Source: Octopus vulgaris (Eukaryota). Taken from it: 64,000 bases of DNA. The stretch lies in NCBI GenBank assembly GCA_951406725.2, contig OX597815.1:137392001-137456000 (forward strand), in the 5' to 3' direction. The translations under genes and the position numbers were made by a program. How positions within the stretch are numbered: position 1 is the first letter of the stretch; each line of letters begins with the position of its first letter. Of this stretch, positions 24,077 through 36,790 are shown piece by piece. The notes beneath the pieces are model-generated. The model was given only the letters and a program-made list of their open reading frames with translations. It did not search any database and had not been told where the DNA came from.

Positions 24077-25266
24077 GATATTATTCTACATCACCTTCAT
24101 ATTGGTTGCCATCTGGCATCATATCTATCTAATTTGTAGGAATTTACAAAAACCTGTTCTTTTTGCTTCGTCTTCCTTTTATATTGCTGTGTTTATTGTA
24201 GCTTTTTAGGGTGTGGGATTGGTTCAGATTAAACGATTTAGTTTTTTCTTTTTTCTCTTAAAACTTACGAAAGTATTTCTGAGAGAAGGATTTGGGACTC
24301 ATTTTGTTGTTGGGAGAAAATGTCTTATTTTTTTGTTGTCGATGTTGAGACCATTTTTAGACATATATTTCTATTTTATTTATTTATTCATTTGTTTGTT
24401 TGTTTATTTATATGTTGTATGTGAGGTACTTATTTATTTCCCTGGATGGCCAAAAACTCATTATTAACTGCTTTGCATGTCATACTAATAGCATTTTGAT
24501 TTTATGAATAGTGATTTCCGATGCGCAGTTATTCTCTTCTCTCTTCGCTTTATAGCACCAAACACTGTTAATTGTGTGTATGTGTATGTATACCTGTATA
24601 CATGTGAGTATATGTGTGTGTGTATGCACATGCGCATACACACATATATTGGTAGGGAGAGACAAAGAGAGGTGGAAATGTGAGGAATTATGGGTCAGAG
24701 ATAGATGTTCCTTTGTGAGTGTGTGTTTATGTGTGTAACGTGAGGGGAGAATTAGAACACCAAAGCGATGGCTTCATACTCTTCTACGGGTTAATCCGGT
24801 TACTGTAACCTTCATTGAGATTGTGACAAATGTTTACATAGATAAGCATAGTTGTTAAAATAACATTAGTCACTGAACTAATACGTTTTTCTCCTGACCA
24901 TATATTAATTAATTAGAATTTTTCCTCTTCCTACATTGTATATAGTGACACTAGTTTAACTGCTTATATCGTAGTGGTGGTGCTTCTACTTCTGGTGGTG
25001 GTAGTGGTGGTGGTGGTGGTGATGGTCGTCGTTGTTAGTATCCGTAGACCTTGCAGTCAGTCTCAGATTTGTAAAAATTTATATTCAGCTTGAAAAATAA
25101 AAAAAAACATAATATCAAAATAAAATAAAAGCATGCATAGGAACTTGCAGAGTTTTGCGGAGAAGGACGTGGTATGGACTGCATTTCATGTAAAACTTTT
25201 TTTATTTTTATGAGAAATGCGATCTGCTATTCATTGACACAAAGAAGAATTTAAAGTTTCATAGCG

Positions 25267-25432
25267 TAACTCTTCAGCATTCTAACCAGCCAGATCCAGC
25301 CTCTCGCAGCTACCCTGCAATGTCATTCTAAAAATATCAACCACATCATCAAAATCTTGAGGCTGCGTGATTAATTCAAAACAATGTAAAAGCACAATCT
25401 TCGATAGAATAATCTGAATGTTAAAGGCTTAA
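25267..25432. mobile_element. Degraded piggyBac-like MITE
   Basis: Imperfect TIR TAACTCTTCAGCATTC / GAATGTTAAAGGCTTAA with TTAA at the right end. Confidence 0.4.
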
Positions 25433-27194
25433 AGATTTTTCCTAATTCTTTTCGAGTCATTAAGCATATAAGTTGGTGAAAGAAGGAAAATGTATAGCGG
25501 GGGCTGTAGAATCTGGTGGTTCTGGGCTTAGGTGAAAGAATTCATCGGAAGTTAAGTTTCTTTAACGGATGGATCCGGTTTGTTTGGTTCTTGTTTTGTT
25601 TATTGTTGGGTTTTTGTTCTTGTTTTTGCTTTATTTGCTGAACAAATGCCTGTTGGTTAAGAAGGATTTAATAATTAAATTGGAATTTTAACATTTTTTT
25701 TCGGTGTGTAAGCCAACTAATCTTATCGAATGATTAATTAACTACTTAGATTTAATACTAATGATATTAGATATTATAAGACACCAACGAATGGAATGAC
25801 AAGCATTGCGTATTGCAATGCAACTGTGGTTGCCCAAATAGTTCCTCAATTCGAATTGATAACTGAATGGTATTTATTCGAATTGATATTATACTTCAGG
25901 GAAGAACTTGGCCATGATGACTGTGCCTTGGTTAAGTTTGGTAGAGTAATTCCCACTCCATTTAAACTATTGTTCTACTTCGAAAACACTAAACCATTGA
26001 AACCTTTTGTAGTGTATTTGATACCCACCTCGACCGGCAATCGATGAAAGACGGATAAGTGACAAGAGTCCGGCCAACAGGCGTGTTTCTATTTTTGTAT
26101 TTCAAACTGTTTCTTACAATGTATAAAACAATAAAATCACACGTTAAGCCTTTTACTCCTACTGCTTCTACTTTTCACTGTTCTTGATTTTGTTGAGCTA
26201 CAAGTCAATATTGATAAAGTAGACACATGATCAAAAGCGTCCTATTCGTGACCGTCTCATCTTGTATCTTTAAGTATATATTTTCTAATGCATCCTTCCT
26301 CTTTTTAAATTGGTAGAGTGTGATTTAAAGGATATGCCACAACTATTTCTAAAAGGTTGGGCGATCACATACAAGGTTCTTCGTTGGCTGCAGTAAAAAT
26401 TAAAAAAAGTACATATTTACAATTGTTTAGGTGGTGGAGCATGAAATACAGAGAAAGTGAATAAAGGGGAAAGGGCTTTGTTGTTGTATACCATACTATA
26501 TCTGTTTTACACAAATACTGACGACCTAATATACTGTTTAGCGACGAAAAACCAAAATGGATTTCTCGTAGGCAAGTGGACCCCTACCTAGCTGCTCCAC
26601 TTGTTAGAAATTATATGCATTTTCTTAACTCGTGCCCTTCAGTCTCCAAAAAAGGGAGCACTGGATAGTGTAATCATAGATTCACTAACTCTGGCCAGAT
26701 GACGATGTGGTCAGGTATAGAACGTCTTTAGGCGTAGATCAATTCGATCAGTGTTGATCTATGACAAAACAACATCATCAACAACAGCAGCACTCTTTAC
26801 AACGGTTCATTAACGAACGCCTCGACGTCACGTAACGCTACTCTACAAAAGCAATAAAAATTTTTTCTGGCGTTGCCCTCCCTCACCCAATATTGAAGCT
26901 ATGTCAATTAAAAAAGTAATTTATGACAATTACATCCACAACAGCACCAGAGAGAGAGAGAAAGAGAGAGATTTTACATAGTCGTTCCGTCTACAGGAAA
27001 TAGCAAGTAAGTATTGCATGCTACATTCTTAAAGAAAGGAAAACATTACTGGATAATGTAGTCCTTGATATACTTTGCAAACCTCCGTTACGGGAGACTA
27101 TGAATCTGCACAGGCTTGGAAAAGTTTCTTATGATGAACCAGCAGTTGCCCATGCATGTTGCATTTTTTAATCCAACGATAATGTTAAAGAGAT

Positions 27195-29260
27195 TGTAAC
27201 GATATTGGATGTAACGTGTTCGAATGTAACAATGTCACAATATAACGTGGAATGAAGTGTATGAAGAAATAAATGTTAGAAGGCATGTTTGTTAATGGAG
27301 CATAGAAACTTAATTTGGATTGTTGACAAGTGCTGAGCAAAGTGAGCGTATGTATGTAGGATTCAGAGGGAAACCTTGAAACTTGACCTCTCTACATGAT
27401 CCCCCGCTTCAGATTGTAAGTCGATACAAACAAGTGCAAGAAAAGAAGAATTAATATATTAAGCAAAAAACAAGCATGCAAAAATACGATTAAAGGCACT
27501 CAAACCCAGTCTATTTACAAACCTCTTCACCAAGTCTTTCGGACCAATGGACCGCTGCCAGTTGTTGTAAAGTATTTTGATGAATGTGGGGTAGCTGTTT
27601 GTGGAGCAGTATGTGTAGGGGTGTATATGTGTGTGGTGCGGTATGTGTTTAGGGTATATATGGCTCCGGGATATCAGCATCCGTGTAGGTCCTCTTTATT
27701 CTATCAACAGAGACAGTATCTCTAGAACCATTATGGTCAATCGAGAAATGTTTGTCGGTGCATGCCAGTACACGATAAGGTCCTGTGTAATGTGGGGTGA
27801 GAGGACTTCTCACGGCGTCGTTTCTGACAAAAACGTCGGTCCACAAGGCAATGTCCCTCGGGACCACAGGTTTTACAGTTTGATGTCGATTACTCATTGG
27901 CGGCAGGTCCCGAAAATATGAATGAATGGGGTTCACGTAAAGCGCCGGATCCTGAATAGACAGGTCGACTGGGCGAGCATCTGCTCCGACATAGACAACG
28001 GAGCACCATACAACAGTTCCTTGAACGCAATCCGAATGCTGAGGAGTACTATAGGGAGGTATTCGCTCCAGCGTTGAGTATCTGGGTAGGAACGAAATGC
28101 GACTTTCAAGTGGCGATGGAAGCGCTCCACCATTCCATTTGATTCAAGATGATAACTGGTAGTACGCACCGATGATTTTTGTGAATTCCGAAAAATGGTG
28201 AGATTCGAATTGTCTACCACCATCTGTCGTAATAGTGGTAGGGACACTGTAACACGATATCCATCCTGATACCAGGGTTCGTGCTACAGATTCAGCAGAT
28301 ATATTAATTAAAGGAATGGCTTCGAGTCAGTGAGTGAACCGATCAATGCAGCTCTGACAAGGCCAGAGTCCCACGAGATCAATATGAATGTGGCGGAAGC
28401 ATGCATCAGGTGTACTGTAGCGGAAGCATGCACCGGATGCCAAGTGGTGCCCGGATGTGCTTATACACCTTCGACTTCTGGCATTAGAGGCATGATCGGG
28501 TCCGTTCAATAATGTCGCGGCTCGTATTTGGCCAGAAGTATCTAGCTGTTATGAGCTTTACTGAGGCCGAGATTCAGGGTGCGAAAGACTGTGCAAAGCT
28601 TCAAATATAACTCGCTGATGGGTCTCTGGGAAGAATTCTGCGCAGCATGTAATAATTTGACCTCTCTAGTTAACTCTAGAATGGCCTATAGAGTCGCCGC
28701 TTGCATCAATCCTGGATCCAACGAGGCAGCTGCTACTGGTGAGGGAAAAACAGGAACATTTCTGTCGCCAGCAACTCTGCTGCGAGTATATTCTAATATT
28801 TTATCGGCCGAAGGAGGCAACTGATCTACTGAACTGACTTCCATCATAGGGACGAGGATGGCCTGCACGGTTGATGGCAAACGGGAGAAGATTGGTTGTT
28901 TAATCATGGCGTTGTCCCCAGATGATCCTTAGTAAGTTACCGCTTCCTGTGAAGGAGTTGGGATGGTGTCTGGTCACCCAAGTGTTCCTCATTGACTAAC
29001 GTACAAAAGCGTTTCTCCGCTGAGAGAGACGTCCTACGGAGAACTTCGCTCTTTATAGAGGAGTAAGACGCATCATTAGGTGGGTCCTTATGAGATCCTT
29101 CAAATAAAAACAGTCAATGAAGCAGAAATAGCGCTCAATAAAATGTTGATGCTCCGTGTTAATATTGTTCGCAGCAAAGTATGACTCTATTTGCACGAAT
29201 CAAACTCTTACATCACCACTGAGTGCTGGTAACGAAGAATAATTCATACTGACTAAGAAA
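27195..29260 (-). mobile_element. Gypsy/Ty3 LTR retrotransposon remnant (gag + integrase + probable 3' LTR)
   Basis: gag: FVQIESYFAANNI, LGDQTPSQLL, RLPSTVQAIL. Integrase: LHSLSHP...YFWP...CQKSK, HIHIDLVG, IDRFT, TTDGGRQF, TTSYHLESNGMVERFHR, YTGPYRV. PPT GAAGCGGGGGA precedes TGTAG at 27396. Confidence 0.85.
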
Positions 29261-29425
29261 TGTTGTACATATGGATTAATAAAATGTTGCGAGCACGGTT
29301 CTCAAAGAAAAGAAATCACAGGTATGGCTATAAAAAAAGAATAAGTCTTCGTTGTGTTTTGTTTAATTTTTCATTCAAATAATCATGAAATAAATCCAGT
29401 AAACTGTGTGTATCTTCACCCATAT

Positions 29426-29810
29426 GAGGAAGCACTCCGTCGGTTACGACGACGAGGGTTCCGGTTGATCCGATCAACGGAACAGCCTGCTCGTGAAATT
29501 AACGTGTAAGTGGCTGAGCACTCCACAGACACGTGTACCCTTAACGTAGTTCTCGGGGATATTCAGCGTGACACAGAGAGTGACAAGGCCGGCCCTTTGA
29601 AATACAGGTACAACAGAAACAGGAAGTAAGAGTGAGAGAAAGTTGTGGTGAAAGAGTACAGCAGGGATCACCACCATCCCTGCCGGAGCCTCGTGGAGCT
29701 ATTAGGTGTTTTCGCTCAATAAACACTCACAACGCCCGGTCTGGGAATCGAAACCGCGATCCTACGACCGCGAATCCGCTGCCCTAACCACTGGGCCATT
29801 GCGCCTCCAC
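29426..29810 (-). mobile_element. Full-length tRNA-derived SINE family D with 12-bp TSD
   Basis: Head GTGGAGGCGCAATGGCCCAGTGGTTAGG...GGTTTCGATTCC (A/B boxes); TSD CTTCACCCATAT at 29414-29425 and 29811-29822; second copy at 42119. Confidence 0.92.
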
Positions 29811-30275
29811 CTTCACCCATATATATGTAATTCAAAATATAAACAATAATAAACCATAAATTAATATTTTTATTTTTCAAAGTGAAACAACACTAACAGT
29901 AAGATAGAAAATAACGTTTATTTTTGCATACTTCCACTTTATTTGTATCTAAAAAGTTTTCTTCTACATTTTCTAATTGCAAAGTTCATAAAGTTCATTG
30001 ATCAGATCCTCACTATGACAACATGGACACTTCGAAATTACATATCCGATCATATAGACCACTACGAATATCATTTTATCAAGTTTAAAGTGATTTCTTT
30101 TGTGCCGTAAACCATTTGGCATTTCTGCGGTTCACCTCTTACCTTGATGCCCTAAGCACGTGCTTTCTACCGGTTAATATTGCTCTATGCACCACCACCA
30201 CTACCACCTCCAACACCCACTAAACATACAAGTGGTTCACGATCAGAATACCTAGTTGAGCTGAGATGAAATAAT

Positions 30276-30963
30276 ATTTTCTACTAAATGCACAAGGCCT
30301 GACATTTTGAGGGAGGGGTTAAGTCGATTACATCAACCCCAGTACTCAACTGGTACTTAATTTATCGAGCCCGAAAGGATGAAAGATAAAGTCGACCTCG
30401 GCGGAATTTGAACACAGAACGAAGCGACGGGAGAAATACCTATTTCTTTACTACCCACAAGGGGCTAAATACAGAGGGGACAAACAAGGACAGACGAACG
30501 GATTAAGTCGATTATATCCACCCCAGAGCATAACTGGTACTTATTTAATCGACCCCGAAAGGATGAAAGGCAAAGTCGACCTCGGCGGAATTTGAACTCA
30601 AAACGTAAAGGCAGACGAAATACCGCTCAGCATTTCGCCCGGCGTGCTAACGTTTCTGCCAGCTCGCCGCCTTGCTGAAGTTAAATAATAACACAAACGA
30701 CATATACACAGATCTCTGTGCTGACCTCGTTTAATACCTATTTCTTTACTACCCACAAGGGACTAAACACAGAGAGGACAAACAAGGACAGACAAACGGA
30801 TTAAGTCTATTATATCGACCCCAGTGCGTAACTGGTACTTAATTTGTCGACCCCGAAAGGATGAAAGGCAAAGTCGACCTCGGCGGAATTTGAACTCAGA
30901 ACATAGCGGCAGACGAAATACTGCTAAGCATTTCGCCCGGCGTGATAACGTTTCTGCCAGCTC
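30276..30963 (-). mobile_element. Array of three SINE family B (Meta-domain-like) units
   Basis: Repeated GTCGACTTTGCCTTTCATCCTTTCGGGGTCGAT..AAGTACCAG; tRNA-like head AAGGCGGCGAGCTGGCAGAAACGTTAG...GAGTTCAAATTCC. Confidence 0.88.
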
Positions 30964-31687
30964 CCTTTTAGTCAGCGGGTATTTTAGAGTACACTCCGTT
31001 GCAAGCAGTCGGGCCATGTCAACTGTCTGAGGACAGTTTTGTTCCTCTAACTCATCATAGATTCCCGAAAACGTTTCTTCATTAACTCAAGTAAAGAAAA
31101 AAGAAGGCATTGAATAATTTATCCACGCCAGCCGATTCTATAACATTATTTATAATGGAAGTACAAACATGAATGACAATATCAACAACCTAAAGAACCA
31201 AAACTAAGCAACTGCAATCTCCTAATATACGTGACATCTCCGTTTCTTTTCACCATTAGATAAGCAAATAATATCACGCCTTTCTTTCACATGATGCATT
31301 TTCTTGAGCGTTAAAAATTACTTCGCTCTTTTAAGTTTTGCTCGTTGACAAAGAAGATTTATTTGTTTGTTGTAGTTGGTGTTTTCTTTTCCTTTTTATT
31401 GTGTTATTTATATTCAAACATCTCATTTACGATTTCTTCACTTTTTTCTATATTTAAGATTTTCTTTTTATCTCTGTTGTTTCTCATGTACACGCAAAGC
31501 AAAATTCAAGAACAAAAAACACGTCCAATTCCATTAATAGTTTGCAATCTTTCAACTATTGCAACTTGCCCTATAGCGATATCAAGTACAATGCTAATAT
31601 ACGATTATAATATATATATATATATGGTGGTGTTCCAGCATGACCGCAGCCGCATGGCTGAAACAAGTAAAATAATAAAAGAATACA

Positions 31688-31765
<78 letters not shown>

Positions 31766-31818
31766 AATATATATATATATATACATATATATATACATAT
31801 ACATATATATACATATCC

Positions 31819-31910
<92 letters not shown>

Positions 31911-31964
31911 CCATATATATATATACACATCCATATATATATATGTATATATATATATTATATA

Positions 31965-32004
<40 letters not shown>

Positions 32005-32076
32005 TATATGTGTATGTGTATATATATATATATATATATAGTTGAAAAAGATTAGTGATCTATACAAATCAAATTT

Positions 32077-32135
32077 TTATATATAAAAAGATGGAGGTGG
32101 AAAGAGCTATTTCCACCTCCATCTTTTATATATAA
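32077..32135. repeat. Short palindrome between (TA)n runs
   Basis: AAAAGATGGAGGTGGAAA-GAGCTA-TTTCCACCTCCATCTTTT with perfect 18-bp arms. Confidence 0.9.
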
Positions 32136-32184
<49 letters not shown>

Positions 32185-32824
32185 ATTCGTTATTTAACAC
32201 CAAAACATACTTCATATAAAGGATTAGTAAATAAACGTTTCCGCATATGTACAAACGTACAGCACACATACACATACAAACATGCATACATATATATATA
32301 TATATTGAGTGTGTATGTGTATGTGCGTGTGCGCGCGCGTGTCTGCGTTTCTGCGTATACATATGTGTGTATACATATGTGTTCATATGTGCATATGTAC
32401 GTATAGATTATACGTCTATACATGACAGTGCATATTCATGTATACATCACAATGAAACAATCAAGTTTGCCTTTTAGACACAAACCAATCTATCTCTAAT
32501 GCATCTATATACTTTACACTTAGCCTGTTTGATTAAATTCGTTACAATTTACGAAGACCAATCCACTTCATTTATGTTCATTTGTCATTTGTCTATTATA
32601 ACTCTGACATGAGACAAGATGTTATTCTCTTTAGTTTGTGATGTTGGTGTTGTTGCTGAACAGGGAGTAGTGGGGCCTGCAGTGGAGTTTTCGAATACAT
32701 TCTCCTGTGAAACTTTTTTTGTTTTCGTCGTGGGTGTTTTTCTTTGTCAGCCTGATTTAAACATTACGTCTGTATTCATGTGCATATGGATATATGCGTG
32801 AGTGTGTGTGCGCATGCGTCCTTA

Positions 32825-32902
<78 letters not shown>

Positions 32903-33226
32903 CATACATACATACATACATACATGCATAAATATATATATACACACATACATATATATATACACATACATATATATATAAGTGTATATATGTACATATA
33001 TGCGTATTATATACACACATACGTGTATATATATGCACAAATATATACATATATATGTATATACACACATATGTATATATATATATATGCGTCTAATTAT
33101 GTATATATATATATACATATATATGTATATATATATATACACATATATATACATATATATGTATATATATATATATATGCATACATACATTTATATATAC
33201 ATGCATATATATATATACATATATGT

Positions 33227-33317
<91 letters not shown>

Positions 33318-33320
<3 letters not shown>

Positions 33321-33485
33321 CCTTACCGTCCTTTCGCCCTGATGATATTTTGCTCTAAATCTTCAAACTGCAAACTTATTTTATTCTATATGTTTGTAAT
33401 TTGTATTGAGTGTAATTGAAACAATTGTAGACAATGTTAATAAATTAATTTATATCCATTGAATATCTCCATTCTCTTACTTAAT
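33318..33485 (+). ncRNA. Hammerhead-bearing PLE stub with degenerate stems
   Basis: CTGATGA at 33339-33345, long imperfect stem II, GAAA-CAATTG-TA at 33418-33429, then AATAAA; (TA)n on both sides. Confidence 0.65.
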
Positions 33486-33593
33486 TATATATATATGTGT
33501 ATATATATGTGTATATAAATATATATATACACACAAACATATATACATACATATATTTATATGTATGTATATACATATATAAATATATATTTA

Positions 33594-33635
<42 letters not shown>

Positions 33636-33734
33636 CATGTGTAAGTATATAAATATATATATATATACTTGTGTTTATATATATATGCATACGTTACATA
33701 CATACAGGTGTGTCTATGTGTGTATCAGTGTTTC

Positions 33735-33789
<55 letters not shown>

Positions 33790-33935
33790 GTGTGTGTATG
33801 TGTGTGTGTATGTGTGTGTATTATCGTCGTCGTTCTTGTGGGATATCAATTACTTTCGTAAAGAGATTATTTTCATCACGATGATAATTATTATAAGTAT
33901 AAAGAACAGTAAGAGTAATGGAAAAGAAGAAAAAG

Positions 33936-34058
33936 ATGATGGTGATGATGATGATGTGGAGGAGGAGGAGGAGGAGGAGGGGGAGGAGGAGGAGGAGGAG
34001 GAGGAGGAGGAGGAGGAGGAGGAGGAGGAGGAGGAGGAGGAGGATGGTGATGATGATG

Positions 34059-34090
<32 letters not shown>

Positions 34091-34128
34091 GATGAGGAGG
34101 AGGAGGAGGATGGTGATGATGATGATGG

Positions 34129-34211
<83 letters not shown>

Positions 34212-34320
34212 TTGATGATGATGGAGATGGTGATGGTGATGATGATGATGGTGATTTTGATGAAGAACAACAGCAACAACCACAACTACATCAGCAGCAG
34301 CAGCAACAACAACAACACCC
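33936..34320. repeat. (GAG)n/(GAT)n/(CAR)n trinucleotide array
   Basis: Directly visible; produces homopolymeric ORFs in several frames. Confidence 0.95.
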
Positions 34321-34499
34321 ACAACTGTAAGTGGAAGAACAAATACAATAACGACAACTCAAGACAATGACGAAAACTTTTGTATCCATTCTGGCAGAGT
34401 GCGTGCGCGCGCGCGCGCGCGTGTGTGTGTTAATGTGAAAAGTTTGTATCTCTTTTTCTCTCTCTTGTTTACACCCAGGTGCATACACATGCTCGCTAT

Positions 34500-35100
34500 A
34501 TTCCCCGTATTCCTCTCTCTTCTTTGTTTTCCCTTCTCTTACTCACTGTTTGTTCTCTCATCTTTCCTTTTCCCTTTCTTTCGCTTCTTTCTCTCCAAAC
34601 CTCTCTCTCCTTTTCTTCCTCTGTCTCTCTTTTTCTATCTCTCACTTCCCCCTCTGTATCGTTCTCTTCCTCTCCTTTCCTTGTTTCTTTTTATGTCTCC
34701 TTCTCTGTCCCTCTCCCTTTCCCTCTATTTCTCTGCCTCTTTCTCTCTCATTTTCTCTCTGTCTCAATTTCTGTCTCTCTTTCGCTCTCTCCCTCTCTCT
34801 CTCTCTCTCTCTTTGTCCCTTTTCCTTTCTCACCTTTCTCTCCCTTTCTCCCCTTTCTCTACCCTTTCTCATCTTTCTCTCCCCCTTTTCTCTCTCTTTC
34901 TCTCTCTCAGTTTCAGTCACTCTTTTCTGTCTCTCTTTTCTGTCTCTCTTTCTCTGTCTCTTTCTCTGTCTATCTTTCTTTCTCCCTTTCTCTCTCTCTC
35001 ACTCTCACTCTCTCTCCCGCTCTCTCCCTCTTTTACTTTCATTCTTCATCTCATTTTCGTTTATTCCTTCTCTCTTTCTCCCTTCCATCTCTCACATTAC
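34500..35100. repeat. Polypyrimidine (CT-rich) low-complexity tract
   Basis: Directly visible. Confidence 0.9.
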
Positions 35101-35112
35101 ATTTTGTTTTAA

Positions 35113-35280
35113 GTTGTGAGTTCAAATTCCGCCGAGGTCGACTTTGCCTTTCATCCTTTCGGGATCGATAAATTAAGTACCAGTTACGCACTGGGGTCGA
35201 TGTAATCGACTTAATACCTATGTCTGTCCTTGTTTGTCCCCTCTGTGTTTAGCCCCTTGTGGGTAATAAAGAAATAGGTG
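35113..35280 (+). mobile_element. SINE family B, 5'-truncated
   Basis: GAGTTCAAATTCCGCCGAGGTCGAC...AAAGAAATAGGT. Confidence 0.85.
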
Positions 35281-35304
35281 TAGCAGATGTCAGGAGTTGA
35301 AGTA

Positions 35305-35424
35305 GTCGCAGAGCAACGTGAGGTGAAGTGTTTTGCTCAAGAACTCAACGCACCACTCAGTCTAGGAATTGAAACCAAGATCTTGCGGTTGTGAGTGCAA
35401 CACCATGACCACTCGGCCATGCGC
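35305..35424 (-). mobile_element. SINE family C head
   Basis: tRNA-like head plus GTTCTTGAGCAAAACACTT; related to 52670-52800 and 60880-61498. Confidence 0.65.
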
Positions 35425-35742
35425 TCTCATTATTCTGTCATGTTATTTATATTACAACTTCACTTTATATATTATCGAAAGTCAATCCTACTGATTAACC
35501 AGTCAGATACTTGTGATCTCCAGAGTTCATGTCATCGATTCTGTTTCAAAAAATGGTTTTCACGCTGTTTCGACAAAGGAAGTTACGAATCGTCCAATCC
35601 ACGGAATTACCTGCTCATTTAATCATAATGTGGTGGGTGAGTAATCTACAGAAGCTTGTACCTTTAACATAATCCGCAAACAGACTCATCGTAACACTGG
35701 TTGTGACATAGTTGGTCATTTGAATTAGTATATGTATATGTA

Positions 35743-36088
35743 TATTAGACTACCCGTGACCCGTTGGGTCACCGGGTAAGTCTGAGTTTCCAGCAACGTG
35801 ACATTGAAATCACGCGTAAACGGCTCCTTTCCCCCAGAAAAGGACAGATTTGGCTGCTATTTCTAGCACTCCCAGCTACCACGTAATAGGTACTTCGGGT
35901 CCTTTATCGTAAATAGCTGTTACGTGGTAGTAGGGCACGCTAGAAATAGTAGCCAAATCTTTGGAGGTGACATACGTTGAATAAACTCGAAAAAAATCTA
36001 TGGAGAAAAACCTATTTCGCACCGAGGGTCTTTTACGAAACATTTACCGTATTTTTAAAGTCATTTTCACTTAAAAATATTTTTTGAA
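35743..36088. mobile_element. Possible Helentron-associated (HINE-like) element with internal inverted repeat
   Basis: Starts ATTAGACTACCCGTGACCCGTTGGGTCACCGGG (hairpin); ~45-bp imperfect inverted repeat at ~35846-35890 and 35916-35960. Confidence 0.3.
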
Positions 36089-36790
36089 TATGCCCAAAAG
36101 AAGCGGATGTAGATCAGAAGCGCACCCGTCAGTGGCTACGGAGCTCAAGGCTAAATGCATAGAGTGAAGGATTTATCTTGGCTGCTCAAGATCAGAGCTT
36201 ACTGACCCGAAACTATCAAGTTAATGTGATGAAAAATGGTGTAGATCTAAAGTGCCGATACTGTAACGACGGGATTGAAACAGTGGACCACCTAATCTCT
36301 GGGTATAAAGTCTCACCACGTGTAGAGTATAAATCAAGACATGACTGGGTTGGTCAATATCTACTTTTGATAATGTGTGGGCATTATAAAATCAAAACTA
36401 CTGACACGTGGTACAAGCACCATTCTGAGGCTGTAACTGAGGGAGAAAATGTCACGATTCTTTGGGACTTTCCAGTATATACAGACCGGACCATCAAATC
36501 AAATAAACCAGATGTTGTGAAAGATCAAAATAATAAAGTTTATTGTGAACATAATATCTCGGTAAAAGAATTTGATAGCTCAGAAAATATAAAGATTTGC
36601 TAATCGAAAAGATGTGGCATCTCAAGATGGTAACAATACCAGTGATTGTAGGAGCACTTGGAATGACCAAAAGAAGGAGCTAAAAATTAGTTAAGAATGA
36701 TGCTTAGCTTACCATCCATGCAGAAAGTGCAAAAGATTGTTTCAACTGGTACATCAGACGCACTGAGAAGAGCATTATTGCTGTGAATTT
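36089..36790 (+). mobile_element. R4/Dong-clade LINE 3' fragment
   Basis: SEGFILAAQDQSLLTRNY, CRYC...HLISG, RHD, ILWDFPVYTD...NKPD, IPVIVGALG. Confidence 0.85.

Larger units (their letters stand above)
31684..33820. repeat. Long (TA)n/(TACA)n/(GT)n microsatellite region with short unique inserts
   Basis: Directly visible. Confidence 0.9.

Noticed and set aside
29720-29810. tRNA gene
   Set aside because: tRNA-like head of a TSD-flanked SINE with no complete cloverleaf; the same applies to 42119 and 60880.
31345-33419. Long Tyr/Ile ORFs
   Set aside because: (TA)n translations.
33671-34370. Acidic Asp/Glu-rich protein resembling biomineralisation proteins
   Set aside because: Pure trinucleotide runs open in several frames, with no codon diversification or clear exon boundaries.
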